A stretch of DNA of 64,000 nucleotides from an uncultured Pelagibacteraceae bacterium (GTDB lineage: Bacteria > Pseudomonadota > Alphaproteobacteria > Pelagibacterales > AG-422-B15), in the NCBI GenBank assembly GCA_902624455.1, contig CACNXQ010000001.1, positions 77,828 through 141,827 of the forward strand. The letters are read 5' to 3'. This document shows, in pieces, positions 10,811 to 20,691 of this stretch; position 1 is the stretch's first letter; every line of letters starts with the position of its first letter. Made by a program: the position numbers and the translations under genes. A model generated the notes under the pieces. That model had not been told where the DNA came from. It saw only the letters and a list, made by a program, of their open reading frames with translations, and made no database searches.

Positions 10811-11545
10811 TTATTTTGTTACAGATAATGCATCGTTTAGCTTAATACTTTTATCGTATAATGCCTTGCCAATAATCACACCGTAAATTTGATTATTGTC
10901 TTTTGCTTTGAGTTTAATAAGGTCATCTAAATTTGATACTCCACCTGATACTACACATGGAATAGAGGTATTTTCTAAAATGTTATTAATCATATCAAAA
11001 TTTATACCTTTTTTCATACCGTCTCTCATGACATCTGTACATATAACAGAGGTGATATCGAGGGAATTTATAGAAGATAAAAAATCATTTACATTTTGAG
11101 ACATTACTTTTGTCCATCCTCTGACTGCAATTTCATTATTTTTAATATCTAGTGCAATTGATATTTGATAGGGAAAATGATCTGCTGCCTCCTCCAAAAA
11201 TAATTTTTCTTCGTAGATAGCCGTACCAAGTACGACATTTTTAGCACCGACATTAATAAGAGATCTTATCTTTTCAATATCCCTAACACCACCTCCGACT
11301 TGAACATTAAGTTTGGTATTGGATATAATGTCCTCAATACTTTTTATGTTGGTTGATTGTCCCGTTTTTGCTCCATCTAAATCAACACAATGTAGCCATT
11401 CTGCTCCTAAGTTCTCAAAATGTTTAGCTTGATCTAAGGGGTTTTCATTATAAGTCGTTGACTTATCAAAATCGCCTTGAATCAGTCTTACACACTTTCC
11501 ATCTTTTAAGTCAATAGCTGGATAAACAATCATGACGGGCTCCAC
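10811..11545 (-). CDS. hisA: ProFAR isomerase
   Basis: IVYPAIDLKDGKCVRL, VQVGGGVR, VVSGGVS. Overlaps hisH; an alternative start is MIVYPAIDL. Confidence 0.93.
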   Translation of the reverse strand: MEPVMIVYPAIDLKDGKCVRLIQGDFDKSTTYNENPLDQAKHFENLGAEWLHCVDLDGAKTGQSTNIKSIEDIISNTKLNVQVGGGVRDIEKIRSLINVGAKNVVLGTAIYEEKLFLEEAADHFPYQISIALDIKNNEIAVRGWTKVMSQNVNDFLSSINSLDITSVICTDVMRDGMKKGINFDMINNILENTSIPCVVSGGVSNLDDLIKLKAKDNNQIYGVIIGKALYDKSIKLNDALSVTK

Positions 11546-12168
11546 TGTAGAAAATTTTCAATTAACTTTATTCCATTGCTGTGACTCTTCTCAGGGTGGA
11601 ATTGTGTACCAAATATATTTTCTTTAATCACTGCTGCAGTTATAGGTTCAGAATAGTTTGTTGTAGCTAAAATATTCTTTGCATCCAAAACTTTAAAATG
11701 AAAGCTATGAACAAAATAGAAATCTAGATTGCTTTGCAAATTTTGAAATAAAGGATGGGCATTAAATTTGATTTCATTCCAACCCATGTGAGGTATCTTA
11801 AATTCTGGGTGCTGCTTAATTTTAATAACCTCACCAGATATCCATCCAAATCCATCATGCTCACCGAATTCATGAGCTTTATCAGCTAGTAGTTGCATTC
11901 CTACACATATGCCCATAAAAGGTTTTTTTTTAATTACGATTTGTTCAACTAAAGTCTCAAAAAGCTTGTCAATATTCATGATTGCTTGTTTACAATCACC
12001 AAAAGAACCCACTCCAGGTAAGACTATTTTATCAGCTTCTTTTAATTCAGAAGCATCAGATGAAATTACAATGTCATTAGTACCTCCGAGATTAAGGTTT
12101 GCACTCTCAAATGACTTTTTAACAGAGTGTAAATTACCAGCTCCATAATTAATAATTACAATTTTCAT
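11530..12168 (-). CDS. hisH: Imidazole glycerol phosphate synthase glutaminase subunit
   Basis: LPGVGSFG, GICVGMQLL (Cys nucleophile), QFHPEKS. Confidence 0.95.
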   Translation of the reverse strand: MKIVIINYGAGNLHSVKKSFESANLNLGGTNDIVISSDASELKEADKIVLPGVGSFGDCKQAIMNIDKLFETLVEQIVIKKKPFMGICVGMQLLADKAHEFGEHDGFGWISGEVIKIKQHPEFKIPHMGWNEIKFNAHPLFQNLQSNLDFYFVHSFHFKVLDAKNILATTNYSEPITAAVIKENIFGTQFHPEKSHSNGIKLIENFLQWSPS

Positions 12169-12626
12169 TAAGTTAAGTTTTTAATTGTATTAATGACATC
12201 TTCAACATGACCATCCACTTTTACTTTCCTCCATATTTTGCAAACCTTATTATTGCTATCGATTAGAAAAGTTGATCTTTCAATGCCATTATAAGTTCTG
12301 CCATACATACTTTTTTTAACCCATACGCCAAATTTTTGGCATATTTTGTCATTTTCATCAGACAGTAAATTGAATTTTAAATTAAATTTTTGTGCAAAAT
12401 TATTTTGTTTTTTAATAGAGTCTTTTGAAACTCCATAGACCTTTACTTTAAGTCTATTCAATTTACTTAAGTTGTCCTGGAACTCACAAGATTCTCTCGT
12501 GCAGCCAGGCGTATCTGCTTTTGGATAAAAATATATTATTGTAATCTCATTATTAGGTAACTTTACCAGTTCGTCTTTTTGATTGGGCAACTGAAATTTT
12601 GGTAACTTATTGCCCTCTTTAATCAT
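12168..12626 (-). CDS. bcp: Peroxiredoxin (Bcp/thiol peroxidase type)
   Basis: FYPKADTPGCTRESC peroxidatic Cys motif; 152 aa. Its stop overlaps the hisH start by 1 nt. Confidence 0.85.
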   Translation of the reverse strand: MIKEGNKLPKFQLPNQKDELVKLPNNEITIIYFYPKADTPGCTRESCEFQDNLSKLNRLKVKVYGVSKDSIKKQNNFAQKFNLKFNLLSDENDKICQKFGVWVKKSMYGRTYNGIERSTFLIDSNNKVCKIWRKVKVDGHVEDVINTIKNLT

Positions 12627-12628
12627 AA

Positions 12629-13228
12629 TTACAGCTGACCCTTAGTAGAAGGTACTGCATCTAGTTCTTTATCATTAATAGATACAGCTGACCTTAAACT
12701 TCGAGCAAGTGCTTTATAACAAGACTCAATAATGTGGTGATTATTTTCACCGTATATATTTTCAACATGTAACGTTGTACCACTTGATTGTGCAAATGCT
12801 TGAAACCATTCTTTGAACAATTCAGTATTGAAATCACCTTGACCAGAAGTCAACACTGGAGTAGTAAAATTGACATGCCAAATTAAATACGGGCGGTTAG
12901 ATAAATCTAACGCCACTCTAGAGAGCGTTTCATCCATTGGAATATAAGAATGCGCATAGCGTGTAATACCGTGTCTATTTCCCAAAGCTTTTGAAATACA
13001 TTCGCCTAATGCGAGACCTGAGTCCTCCGTTGTGTGGTGATAATCGATATGAGTATCTCCTTTTGCTTTAAGAGTAATGTCAATCAATGAATGCCTCGAC
13101 AATTGTTCAAGCATGTGATCAAGAAATCCAATGCCAGTTTCAACATTGTATTTTCCTGTACCATCAAGATTAACCTTTACTTCTATAGAAGTTTCTTTGG
13201 TTTCTCTCTTTAAGCTTGCTTCTCTCAT
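12629..13228 (-). CDS. hisB: Imidazoleglycerol-phosphate dehydratase
   Basis: [27 protein letters not shown] motifs. Confidence 0.95.
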   Translation of the reverse strand: MREASLKRETKETSIEVKVNLDGTGKYNVETGIGFLDHMLEQLSRHSLIDITLKAKGDTHIDYHHTTEDSGLALGECISKALGNRHGITRYAHSYIPMDETLSRVALDLSNRPYLIWHVNFTTPVLTSGQGDFNTELFKEWFQAFAQSSGTTLHVENIYGENNHHIIESCYKALARSLRSAVSINDKELDAVPSTKGQL

Positions 13229-13302
13229 AATAAATCAATGGGTTTCTACCAATAAATAGCTGATTTATCTATAAAAAATATTCTTTTTGTAAGATTTAAC
13301 AC

Positions 13303-13332
13303 CTTGAAGTTCTTAAATAAATAGCCACATAT
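13303..13332 (+). promoter_or_regulatory. Candidate RpoH (sigma-32)-type promoter of hslVU
   Basis: CTTGAAG (13303-13309), 15 nt, CCACATAT (13325-13332), compared with CTTGAAA-N13-15-CCCCATNT. hslVU is a classical heat-shock operon. Confidence 0.5.
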
Positions 13333-13339
13333 TTAATCA

Positions 13340-13891
13340 ATGGAAAATCAACAATCAAATTCTTGGCATGGAACAACCATTATCAGTGTCAGAAAAGGTA
13401 ATGAAGTTGCTATAGCAGGTGATGGACAAGTGAGCCTTGGCAACACTGTCATTAAAGGCACTGCTCAAAAAGTTAGAAAACTTGGTGATGGTAGTGTTAT
13501 TGCTGGCTTCGCGGGTGCTACAGCCGATGCATTTACACTTTTTGAAAGGCTTGAAGCTAAGTTAGAAAAACATCCGAAGCAACTTACTAGAGCTTGTGTT
13601 GAGCTCGCGAAAGATTGGAGAACAGACAAATACCTCCGAAGACTCGAAGCCTTACTTACCGTTGCGGATAGTTCTACCTCTTTGCTTATAACAGGTATGG
13701 GTGATGTACTTGATCCAGAAGGATCTATAATTGGAATTGGAAGTGGAGGTAACTTTGCTCTTTCCGCCGCAAAAGCATTAATTGATACCGACATGTCAGC
13801 TGAAGAGATTGCAATGAAGTCAATCCAAATTGCCGCTGAGATATGCGTATTTACTAATAATAATATTACATTAGAGAAATTGAAATCATAA
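13340..13891 (+). CDS. hslV: ATP-dependent protease subunit HslV
   Basis: [24 protein letters not shown] with the Thr nucleophile at residue 12; GSGGNFA motif. Confidence 0.97.
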   Translation: MENQQSNSWHGTTIISVRKGNEVAIAGDGQVSLGNTVIKGTAQKVRKLGDGSVIAGFAGATADAFTLFERLEAKLEKHPKQLTRACVELAKDWRTDKYLRRLEALLTVADSSTSLLITGMGDVLDPEGSIIGIGSGGNFALSAAKALIDTDMSAEEIAMKSIQIAAEICVFTNNNITLEKLKS

Positions 13892-13895
13892 TAAT

Positions 13896-15200
13896 ATGCA
13901 AGCTTTTTCACCAAGAGAAATTGTCTCTGAACTAGATCGCTTTATCATTGGACAAGATGATGCAAAAAAATCTGTTGCTATCGCATTAAGAAATCGATGG
14001 AGAAGGCAACAACTTACTGATGACATGAAGGAAGAAGTACTACCAAAAAATATCCTTATGATTGGTCCAACAGGAATTGGTAAAACAGAAATTTCTAGAA
14101 GACTATCTAAATTAGCTCAGGCTCCATTCATTAAAGTTGAGGCAACTAAATTTACTGAAGTTGGTTACGTTGGTCGTGATGTAGAGTCAATTGTTAGAGA
14201 TCTCATTGAAATTGCAATTACGATGGTAAGAGAAATAAAGAGAAAAGAAGTAAAAGCAAAAGCTCAACTTGCAGCAGAAGAGAGAGTGCTCGATGCTCTC
14301 GTTGGGCCTGGCGCTGGACCTGCTACACGAGAAAGTTTTAGAAAAAAGCTTAGAAATAATGAACTTGAAGATAAAGAAATCGAGATAGCTGTTCAAGATA
14401 CTGGATCATTTCCAACTATTGATTTACAAGGTGGACAAGGTGCTGGAATTGGTATGATCAATCTTAATGATATGCTTGGTAAAGCAATGGGTCCAAAAAC
14501 AAAAAAGAAAAAAATCACTGTTGCAGATAGTTATGAAGTTTTAGTAAATGAAGAATCAGACAAGCTTATTGATACAGACCAAATAGTAAATGAGGCAAAA
14601 AAAGCGGTTGAGGACAATGGAATTGTTTTTATTGATGAAATTGACAAGGTATGTGCAAGATCTGAAAGAGTGGGCGGTGACGTTTCAAGAGAAGGAGTTC
14701 AGAGAGATTTATTACCATTAATTGAAGGGACAACAGTTAACACAAAGCATGGAACCATTAAAACTGACCATATACTTTTCATCGCTTCAGGAGCCTTTCA
14801 GCTCTCAAAACCCTCTGATTTACTGCCCGAACTTCAGGGGAGATTACCAATAAGAGTAAGTTTAAAGGCTTTAACTCAAGATGATTTTAAAAGAATACTC
14901 ACTGAACCTAAATATAGTTTGATCAAACAATATGAGGCTTTACTTGGAACGGAAGACGTAAAAATTAATTTTACTGGTTGTGGGATAGACGCTATTGCAA
15001 CGTTAGCAGTTGATATCAATTCAACCATAGAAAATATTGGCGCAAGACGACTACATACTATTTTAGAGAGAGTGCTTGAAGACGTTAGCTTTACTGCAGC
15101 AGATAAAAGTGGTGAATCAGTAACAATTGATGCTGATTATGTGAAGGATAACGTCAACGAATTATCTAAGGATACTGACCTGTCTAAATTTATTTTATAA
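13896..15200 (+). CDS. hslU: ATP-dependent protease ATPase subunit HslU
   Basis: [15 protein letters not shown], Walker [17 protein letters not shown], Walker [11 protein letters not shown]. Confidence 0.98.
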   Translation: MQAFSPREIVSELDRFIIGQDDAKKSVAIALRNRWRRQQLTDDMKEEVLPKNILMIGPTGIGKTEISRRLSKLAQAPFIKVEATKFTEVGYVGRDVESIVRDLIEIAITMVREIKRKEVKAKAQLAAEERVLDALVGPGAGPATRESFRKKLRNNELEDKEIEIAVQDTGSFPTIDLQGGQGAGIGMINLNDMLGKAMGPKTKKKKITVADSYEVLVNEESDKLIDTDQIVNEAKKAVEDNGIVFIDEIDKVCARSERVGGDVSREGVQRDLLPLIEGTTVNTKHGTIKTDHILFIASGAFQLSKPSDLLPELQGRLPIRVSLKALTQDDFKRILTEPKYSLIKQYEALLGTEDVKINFTGCGIDAIATLAVDINSTIENIGARRLHTILERVLEDVSFTAADKSGESVTIDADYVKDNVNELSKDTDLSKFIL

Positions 15201-15204
15201 TTTT

Positions 15205-15633
15205 ATGTCTCTTAAGAAAACAAATTGCCATATTAATAAACTCAAAGTTAGATACTCAGAAATTGATTGTCAGAGAATTGTCTACAACTCACATTATTTA
15301 ACTTATTTCGATATTTCAATCAGTGAGATGATGGATGAGCTTTTTGATCAAGAAGAATATATAAAACAAACCAATAATGAATTTCACACAGTTAACGCGA
15401 ACATGAACTTTAAAAGTCCTGCAATGTTGAATGATAAGATTGAAGTCTACACTGCAATAAAAAAAATTGGGAATTCAAGTTTAACTTTCATAGCAGAAAT
15501 TTATAGAGAAAACTCTGATGAGATTTTAAATGAAGGTGAAATTACTTGGGTCAATACCAACCAAGAAGAAATGAAATCTTCTCCAATTCCAGAAGAATTG
15601 AAAGCAAAGTTTAATAAGTATCTAGTAAGTTAA
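15205..15633 (+). CDS. YbgC/4HBT-type acyl-CoA thioesterase
   Basis: VRYSEIDCQRIVYNSHYLTYFD pattern of hotdog 4HBT thioesterases; 142 aa. Confidence 0.72.
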   Translation: MSLKKTNCHINKLKVRYSEIDCQRIVYNSHYLTYFDISISEMMDELFDQEEYIKQTNNEFHTVNANMNFKSPAMLNDKIEVYTAIKKIGNSSLTFIAEIYRENSDEILNEGEITWVNTNQEEMKSSPIPEELKAKFNKYLVS

Positions 15634-16253
15634 TCGGAAGTTGCTGCAAGCAGCCAGTTTGAACTTTGTTTGTTTTGTATTTTTGAAAAAGTCCAAACGT
15701 CAGTTATTTTTTGAACTTGATTTAAACTTCCAGAAATAACTTCATCTTTATTATTTTTAATACAGGTTATCATTTCTGAAATAAATCTAACTGTCACTTC
15801 CATTGGATTGCTTTTTAAATCCTTGTGAATGATCTCGGACTTTTCGATACCAATAAAATTAAATTCAACTTTTTCTTCATTGGCATTTCTGTCGTCGATG
15901 ACAGATGAGAAACTATCCATCACATCTTTTGAGAGAAGTGGTTTTAAAGCATCTTTATTGCCATTCTCAAAATTTGTAACAATAGTCTCATAAGCATTTG
16001 AAGCACCCCTCAGGAAATCATCCTGATTAAACCATCCCGCTTCCCTATCACTGGATTGAGATGTTGGAGCTATTTTTACAACCTTTTCTGGCTGAGATGT
16101 AGATGACTGTTGAGGTTGCTCATAATTATAAGATGATCTATCAGTTTTTTCATGACCTGTTCTTCTGCCTAGAACACTTCTGAGTCTTAATAGAACTATA
16201 CCTGCAATTATTGCAAGAATAAGAATGTCAATATATTGAAAAGCTTCACTCAT
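15630..16253 (-). CDS. Tim44-like domain membrane protein
   Basis: N-terminal TM helix, Q/S-rich linker, and a C-terminal Tim44-like domain (FLRGASNAYETIV...DVWTFSK...NWLLAATS). Conserved alphaproteobacterial neighbour of secB/fxsA. Confidence 0.75.
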   Translation of the reverse strand: MSEAFQYIDILILAIIAGIVLLRLRSVLGRRTGHEKTDRSSYNYEQPQQSSTSQPEKVVKIAPTSQSSDREAGWFNQDDFLRGASNAYETIVTNFENGNKDALKPLLSKDVMDSFSSVIDDRNANEEKVEFNFIGIEKSEIIHKDLKSNPMEVTVRFISEMITCIKNNKDEVISGSLNQVQKITDVWTFSKIQNKQSSNWLLAATSD

Positions 16254-16316
16254 TTTTATAAATATTATAGGATACTTTATGTAGGTATTTAAACTAAAGT
16301 TTCAATATATAATATT

Positions 16317-16748
16317 TTGTTCATTTATTTATTAATTTTATTCATCGCTATTCCCGTTCTGGAAATTATCATTTTCATAGAAATTGGCAGTTTTGTTGGA
16401 ACTTTCAATACGATTTTATTAACTTTCTTAACGGCCATTGTGGGAGTCTATTTGGTGCGACAACAAGGCCTCAGCACCATTCAAAAAATAATGGTTCAAC
16501 TTCAGTCAGGTGAAAAACCAGTTGTTACAATGTTTGAAGGTCTGGTTATATTAGTTGCTGGAGTTTTATTGCTTACACCAGGTTTTTTTACTGATACCAT
16601 CGGATTTCTTGGTTTGATACCAGTCACACGAACATTAATGATTAGGTTGGTTCAGACTACAATGATTAAAAGATATAATGTTCATCAAGATGATACTATA
16701 GAAGGTGAATATATTGATTTAGATGATGATGGAGATCAAAAAAATTAA
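16317..16748 (+). CDS. fxsA: FxsA family membrane protein
   Basis: TTG start. IAIPVLEIIIFIEIGS...LLLTPGFFTD pattern typical of FxsA. Confidence 0.75.
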   Translation: MFIYLLILFIAIPVLEIIIFIEIGSFVGTFNTILLTFLTAIVGVYLVRQQGLSTIQKIMVQLQSGEKPVVTMFEGLVILVAGVLLLTPGFFTDTIGFLGLIPVTRTLMIRLVQTTMIKRYNVHQDDTIEGEYIDLDDDGDQKN

Positions 16749-17170
16749 TGGATGTAAGTGCTAAAATAATAACTCAATTTGTAAGAGATCTTTCATTTGA
16801 AAATCCAAAAGGTCCTGGTGCATTTCAACAAGGGGAAGAAAAGCCATCCATCAAAGCAAATGTTGATGTAAAAGCCTCGAATAGAAAAGATACCGACATA
16901 TATGAAATAGAATTGAATGTAAGTGTTGCTGGCATTAGGGGTGATGAAAAAATATATGTTGTTGAATTAAAATATGTTGGACTCTTTGAAATCACTAATC
17001 TTACCGAAGACATCAGAGAAGCGTATCTTTTAGTGGAATGTCCGAGACAGCTTTTTCCTTTTGCACGTCGGATCATTTATGACCTACACGCCGATGGCTC
17101 TCTTCCGCCTTTGATGCTTGACCCTATGAATTTTGCCGAGCTTTATCAGAAAAGAAAAGAAGCTAACTAG
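16748..17170 (+). CDS. secB: Protein-export chaperone SecB
   Basis: ITQFVRDLSFENP...ECPRQLFPFARRIIYDL..DGSLPPLMLDP. Start overlaps the fxsA stop (TAATG). Confidence 0.9.
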   Translation: MDVSAKIITQFVRDLSFENPKGPGAFQQGEEKPSIKANVDVKASNRKDTDIYEIELNVSVAGIRGDEKIYVVELKYVGLFEITNLTEDIREAYLLVECPRQLFPFARRIIYDLHADGSLPPLMLDPMNFAELYQKRKEAN

Positions 17171-17172
17171 AT

Positions 17173-17973
17173 TTATCCTACAAGTTTTGCTTCACCATTG
17201 ATTATTTCAAACTTTGGCTCAACCACTGGTATATCTACTAGGTTTTTATTTTTCATTTCTATGAGTAAATCATTAGTATTATTAAACTTAGAAATAAGTT
17301 TTAAATTTTGAATGGTTGGCATAATCATGGGTAATGTGCCCTTCTCAAATTGTTCTAGTGCTAGATTAGGATTGATCCACAGACTTGCAGTGTTTTCTTC
17401 CCCATCATGAAGGGCATCGTGAGATGGACACGCAGCTATAAAAAACCTTGTACTGTAACGTCTTTTCTCTATTTCTGGCGTTACCCAATGAGATATATAG
17501 GCAACATTATCGGTAGCTAAAACTAATTGATTATCATCAAGGAATTCGTAAAAGCTCTTTTCTCCAATTGAAATTTTTTTTCTTAAATCAAAAAAATTTT
17601 GGTCCTTTAAATTTTTGAAGACAACATTCTTTTCATCTTCAGCATAAGCAAGTAAAACACCACATTCTTCAAAACACTCTCTAATACAAGCAACCCAATA
17701 TTGAAGGCCTCCATCATTTATACCAAGATTAGAAGATGCATTTGCATCACTTAATTTTGGGCTGAGTGATGCATACTTTGGGTGGTTATCACTTGGATCA
17801 ATCTTACCCCCAGGGAAAACCCAAGCTCCACCAAAGTTGGTTTTTTTAGCTCTTTGCATCAGAAAAACTTGTAAGCCTTCGTCTGTATCTCTAACAAGAA
17901 GCACAGTAGCTGCAGGTACAGGTACAGCAACAGGTTGATTTGGATCCCTCAGAGTGTGATTGATTTTATTCAT
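17173..17973 (-). CDS. NUDIX-family hydrolase with C-terminal extension
   Basis: Nudix-box-like WVFPGGKID...ACIRECFEECGVLLA; 266 aa. Confidence 0.7.
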   Translation of the reverse strand: MNKINHTLRDPNQPVAVPVPAATVLLVRDTDEGLQVFLMQRAKKTNFGGAWVFPGGKIDPSDNHPKYASLSPKLSDANASSNLGINDGGLQYWVACIRECFEECGVLLAYAEDEKNVVFKNLKDQNFFDLRKKISIGEKSFYEFLDDNQLVLATDNVAYISHWVTPEIEKRRYSTRFFIAACPSHDALHDGEENTASLWINPNLALEQFEKGTLPMIMPTIQNLKLISKFNNTNDLLIEMKNKNLVDIPVVEPKFEIINGEAKLVG

Positions 17974-18655
17974 TTTTTATCTTTTTCCAAATCGCTTTAT
18001 CACCAAGTGTTTCAACAAACTTCGCATGGGCAATTTTTTCATCCTCTGTAAGTCTGCTTGGCAGGTCTCTGTTTTGAATTTGTGAAATATCAAATGAGGT
18101 TTGAGATGAAGACTGCTTTTTAGTTACATCTAGGTCTAAGCTTAATTCTCTTGCATCTAATAGTTCTATATAAACTTTTGCTAGTAACTCGGTATCAATA
18201 ACAGCAGAATGCTTTTCTCTTTGTGTGTTATCAATTGATAGTCTTTTACATAACGCATCCAGTGAGACACTTTGACCTGGAAACTTTTCACGTGCAATTG
18301 TAACAGTATCTATTTTTTTATTTTTCAGAATTGGTAATCCGCATTCACGAAGTTCATGATTCAAAAATCCAACATCAAAATCAACATTGTGTGCAACAAT
18401 TGGATCATTACCTATAAAATTTATGAAAGAGTCAGCTATCTCCTGAAATGCTGGCTTGTCCATTAAAAATTCATAAGTTAAGCCGTGAACGTCTGTTGAT
18501 ATCTGAGGTACATCTCTTTTAGGATTTATAAATTGTTGGTATGTTTTACCAGTTGGTATGAAATCCACAACTTCAATGGCAGCAATTTCAATGACCTTGT
18601 GACCTTCTGAAGGTCTTAATCCTGTTGTTTCTGTATCTAAAATAATTTCTCTCAT
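17966..18655 (-). CDS. dnaQ: DNA polymerase III epsilon (3'-5' exonuclease) subunit
   Basis: Exo I IILDTETTGL, Exo II VAHNVDFDVGFL, Exo III HSAVIDTELLAKVY. Confidence 0.9.
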   Translation of the reverse strand: MREIILDTETTGLRPSEGHKVIEIAAIEVVDFIPTGKTYQQFINPKRDVPQISTDVHGLTYEFLMDKPAFQEIADSFINFIGNDPIVAHNVDFDVGFLNHELRECGLPILKNKKIDTVTIAREKFPGQSVSLDALCKRLSIDNTQREKHSAVIDTELLAKVYIELLDARELSLDLDVTKKQSSSQTSFDISQIQNRDLPSRLTEDEKIAHAKFVETLGDKAIWKKIKNE

Positions 18656-19278
18656 GACGAACTATGGTATTTAGACCAAGCTTTAGGTTGTATAATTTTA
18701 ATTTTGCTAACAACATCCCTCACTTCTTTTTCTGTATCAGAGATATCGCATTCTGTTGAAATGATATAATCTGCTTTTTTCAGCTTTTCGTGATCCGGCA
18801 TCTGTTGACCTTGTATCGATTTAAAAACATCTAAAGGTATTTTACGTTGTGTAACAACTCTGTCCATTTGAGTTTCTGCAGTTGCTGTAACAACTACTGA
18901 AACGTCTACGTACTTTTCTCCACCGGTTTCAAATAAAAGTGGGATATCAAGTATGCAGCCAAATTTTTTATCTTCAATTAGTTTCTTTATATAAATCTGC
19001 TGATATTTTCTTGTTGCCGGGTGTACGATGGCTTCGAGATCCTTGAATTGAGATGGGTCTTTATTTAGTAGATCACGCAGTGCTATTCTATTAACAATGC
19101 CATTATTTATAGTACCAGGAAACTTAGTTTCAATTTTGCTTATCACTTCTTCATCATTTTCATAAATGTAATGAACTGTGTCATCAGCATTATAAACTCC
19201 AAAACCGTGGTCTTTGAACATGTTTGCTACGGTAGATTTACCCATACCAATTGAACCTGTTATGCCGACTAATAACAT
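18652..19278 (-). CDS. coaE: Dephospho-CoA kinase
   Basis: P-loop VGITGSIGMGKST, and LLFE motif in DIPLLFETG. Confidence 0.9.
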   Translation of the reverse strand: MLLVGITGSIGMGKSTVANMFKDHGFGVYNADDTVHYIYENDEEVISKIETKFPGTINNGIVNRIALRDLLNKDPSQFKDLEAIVHPATRKYQQIYIKKLIEDKKFGCILDIPLLFETGGEKYVDVSVVVTATAETQMDRVVTQRKIPLDVFKSIQGQQMPDHEKLKKADYIISTECDISDTEKEVRDVVSKIKIIQPKAWSKYHSSS

Positions 19279-20106
19279 CTACGCGCCTAATTTTTTCATC
19301 AACTCTTCATCTACAATAGGACTGACACCATGCCAAATTTTAAAAGAAGCTGCCGCCTGCTCAACTAACATTCTAAGTCCATTTTGAGTTTTGAGTTTTT
19401 TATTTTTTGCTTGATCCAAGAAACTGCTTAATGGTGGATTATAAATTAAATCATAAACATATGTGTCAGAGCGAACATTTTCAAAATTGATAAGATCATT
19501 TACCTCTCCTTCTTGTAATCCTAAGCTGGTCGTATTCACTATAAACGAAGAAGTTGAAACATAATCGTCTAATTCTTCTTTTTTTAAAATTTTTCCGTTT
19601 ACTCCGACCGTTTTTAATAAGTTTTCAGCTTTTTCTTCTGTCCGATTATAAATAGCAATGTTTGCATTGAGTTGAGTGAGAGACCACAAAACAGCTCTTG
19701 AAGAGCCTCCGGCTCCCAACAATAAACAATTTTTAGAATTTATTTTTTTTTCAATGACTTTATCAGGTAATGATTTAGTGAACCCAACTGGATCAGTATT
19801 ATCACCAAAGATTTTTCCATCTTTAAACCAAAGTGTATTCACAGCTTTGGTTTGAGAAGCATTTTCTGACAATGTGTCTGACTTTTCGTAAGCAACTTCC
19901 TTTAGAGGCACAGTAACATTTAAACCAAAACACCCTTGTTTATTTAAGCTGTCTATTGTTTCACTGAAATTGTTAAGTTCTACTTCTATCTTGTCATAAG
20001 TGTGGTTTTTCATTTGTTCTTTTGTAAACCAATGATTATGAATAGTAGGTGATAGACTGTGTTCTATTGGGGAGCCGATTACGGCGGTTCTGGTTATTTC
20101 ACTCAT
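19279..20106 (-). CDS. aroE: Shikimate dehydrogenase
   Basis: VIGSPIEHSLSPTIHN, LLGAGGSSRAV. Confidence 0.9.
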   Translation of the reverse strand: MSEITRTAVIGSPIEHSLSPTIHNHWFTKEQMKNHTYDKIEVELNNFSETIDSLNKQGCFGLNVTVPLKEVAYEKSDTLSENASQTKAVNTLWFKDGKIFGDNTDPVGFTKSLPDKVIEKKINSKNCLLLGAGGSSRAVLWSLTQLNANIAIYNRTEEKAENLLKTVGVNGKILKKEELDDYVSTSSFIVNTTSLGLQEGEVNDLINFENVRSDTYVYDLIYNPPLSSFLDQAKNKKLKTQNGLRMLVEQAAASFKIWHGVSPIVDEELMKKLGA

Positions 20107-20691
20107 TTAAAATAATATTTTGTTATTCCAGAGAAAATTCAAGAGTGGTGTTATGGAAATGCCTTGAATAGAAAATATGTCACCCTTGACTGAGTTAAAA
20201 AGTTTTATGCCTTCCTCTTCTATAGCATAACAACCAACAACATTAAGCATTTCTGGACTCAATTGTTCCACATAATTCTCTATCATCTCGTCGCTTAGGT
20301 TCCTCATTGTAAGTTGTGCTATGTCGTAGTGCCTCCAAACAACATTATTATTGTGCGCAACTACAGTGAATGTAATTAACTCATGTGTTTTTCCATTCAT
20401 TAATTTAAGTTGTTCTTTCGCTTCTGTTTTATCCGACGCTTTGTTAATAAGTTTGCCATCTAAGTCTAAACCTTGATCAGATCCGATAACATACGAGTCT
20501 GGGTGGCCAAGAGAAGTTTTTGTGGCTTTAAGTTCTGCTAGTTTTTCAACGATGTCGACTGGGTTTTGGTCTGCCATTGATAACTTGAGCTCTTCTTCAT
20601 CAACTCCATGATTTGCGGTTTCGAATTGTATTTTTGCGGCCTCAAGTAGGCGGATTCTGGCCTTGCTTTTTGATGCTAGTATTAATTTCAT
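20107..20691 (-). CDS. maf: Maf-like nucleoside-triphosphate pyrophosphatase
   Basis: LILASKSKARIRLL N-terminus and GSDQ motif; 194 aa. Confidence 0.85.
   Translation of the reverse strand: MKLILASKSKARIRLLEAAKIQFETANHGVDEEELKLSMADQNPVDIVEKLAELKATKTSLGHPDSYVIGSDQGLDLDGKLINKASDKTEAKEQLKLMNGKTHELITFTVVAHNNNVVWRHYDIAQLTMRNLSDEMIENYVEQLSPEMLNVVGCYAIEEEGIKLFNSVKGDIFSIQGISITPLLNFLWNNKILF

Noticed and set aside
10290-10886. 198-aa ORF on the plus strand spanning the hisF/hisA junction.
   Set aside because: It is antisense to two well-supported his genes. Its translation is S/T/A/P-rich with no recognisable motif, and it crosses a gene boundary. It is a frame left open by the codon bias of the real genes.
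13465-13914. 149-aa ORF antisense to hslV.
   Set aside because: Same reasoning: it is fully nested opposite a conserved gene, with a low-complexity translation and no RBS or promoter context.
18285-18300. parS-like CTTTTCACGTGCAATT inside dnaQ. Half-sites also occur at 60106-60121 (TGTTTCAC...) and 48939-48950 (..GTGAAACA).
   Set aside because: It has five or more mismatches to the 16-bp palindrome and only the central or half-site core is retained. This is insufficient to call additional centromere sites.
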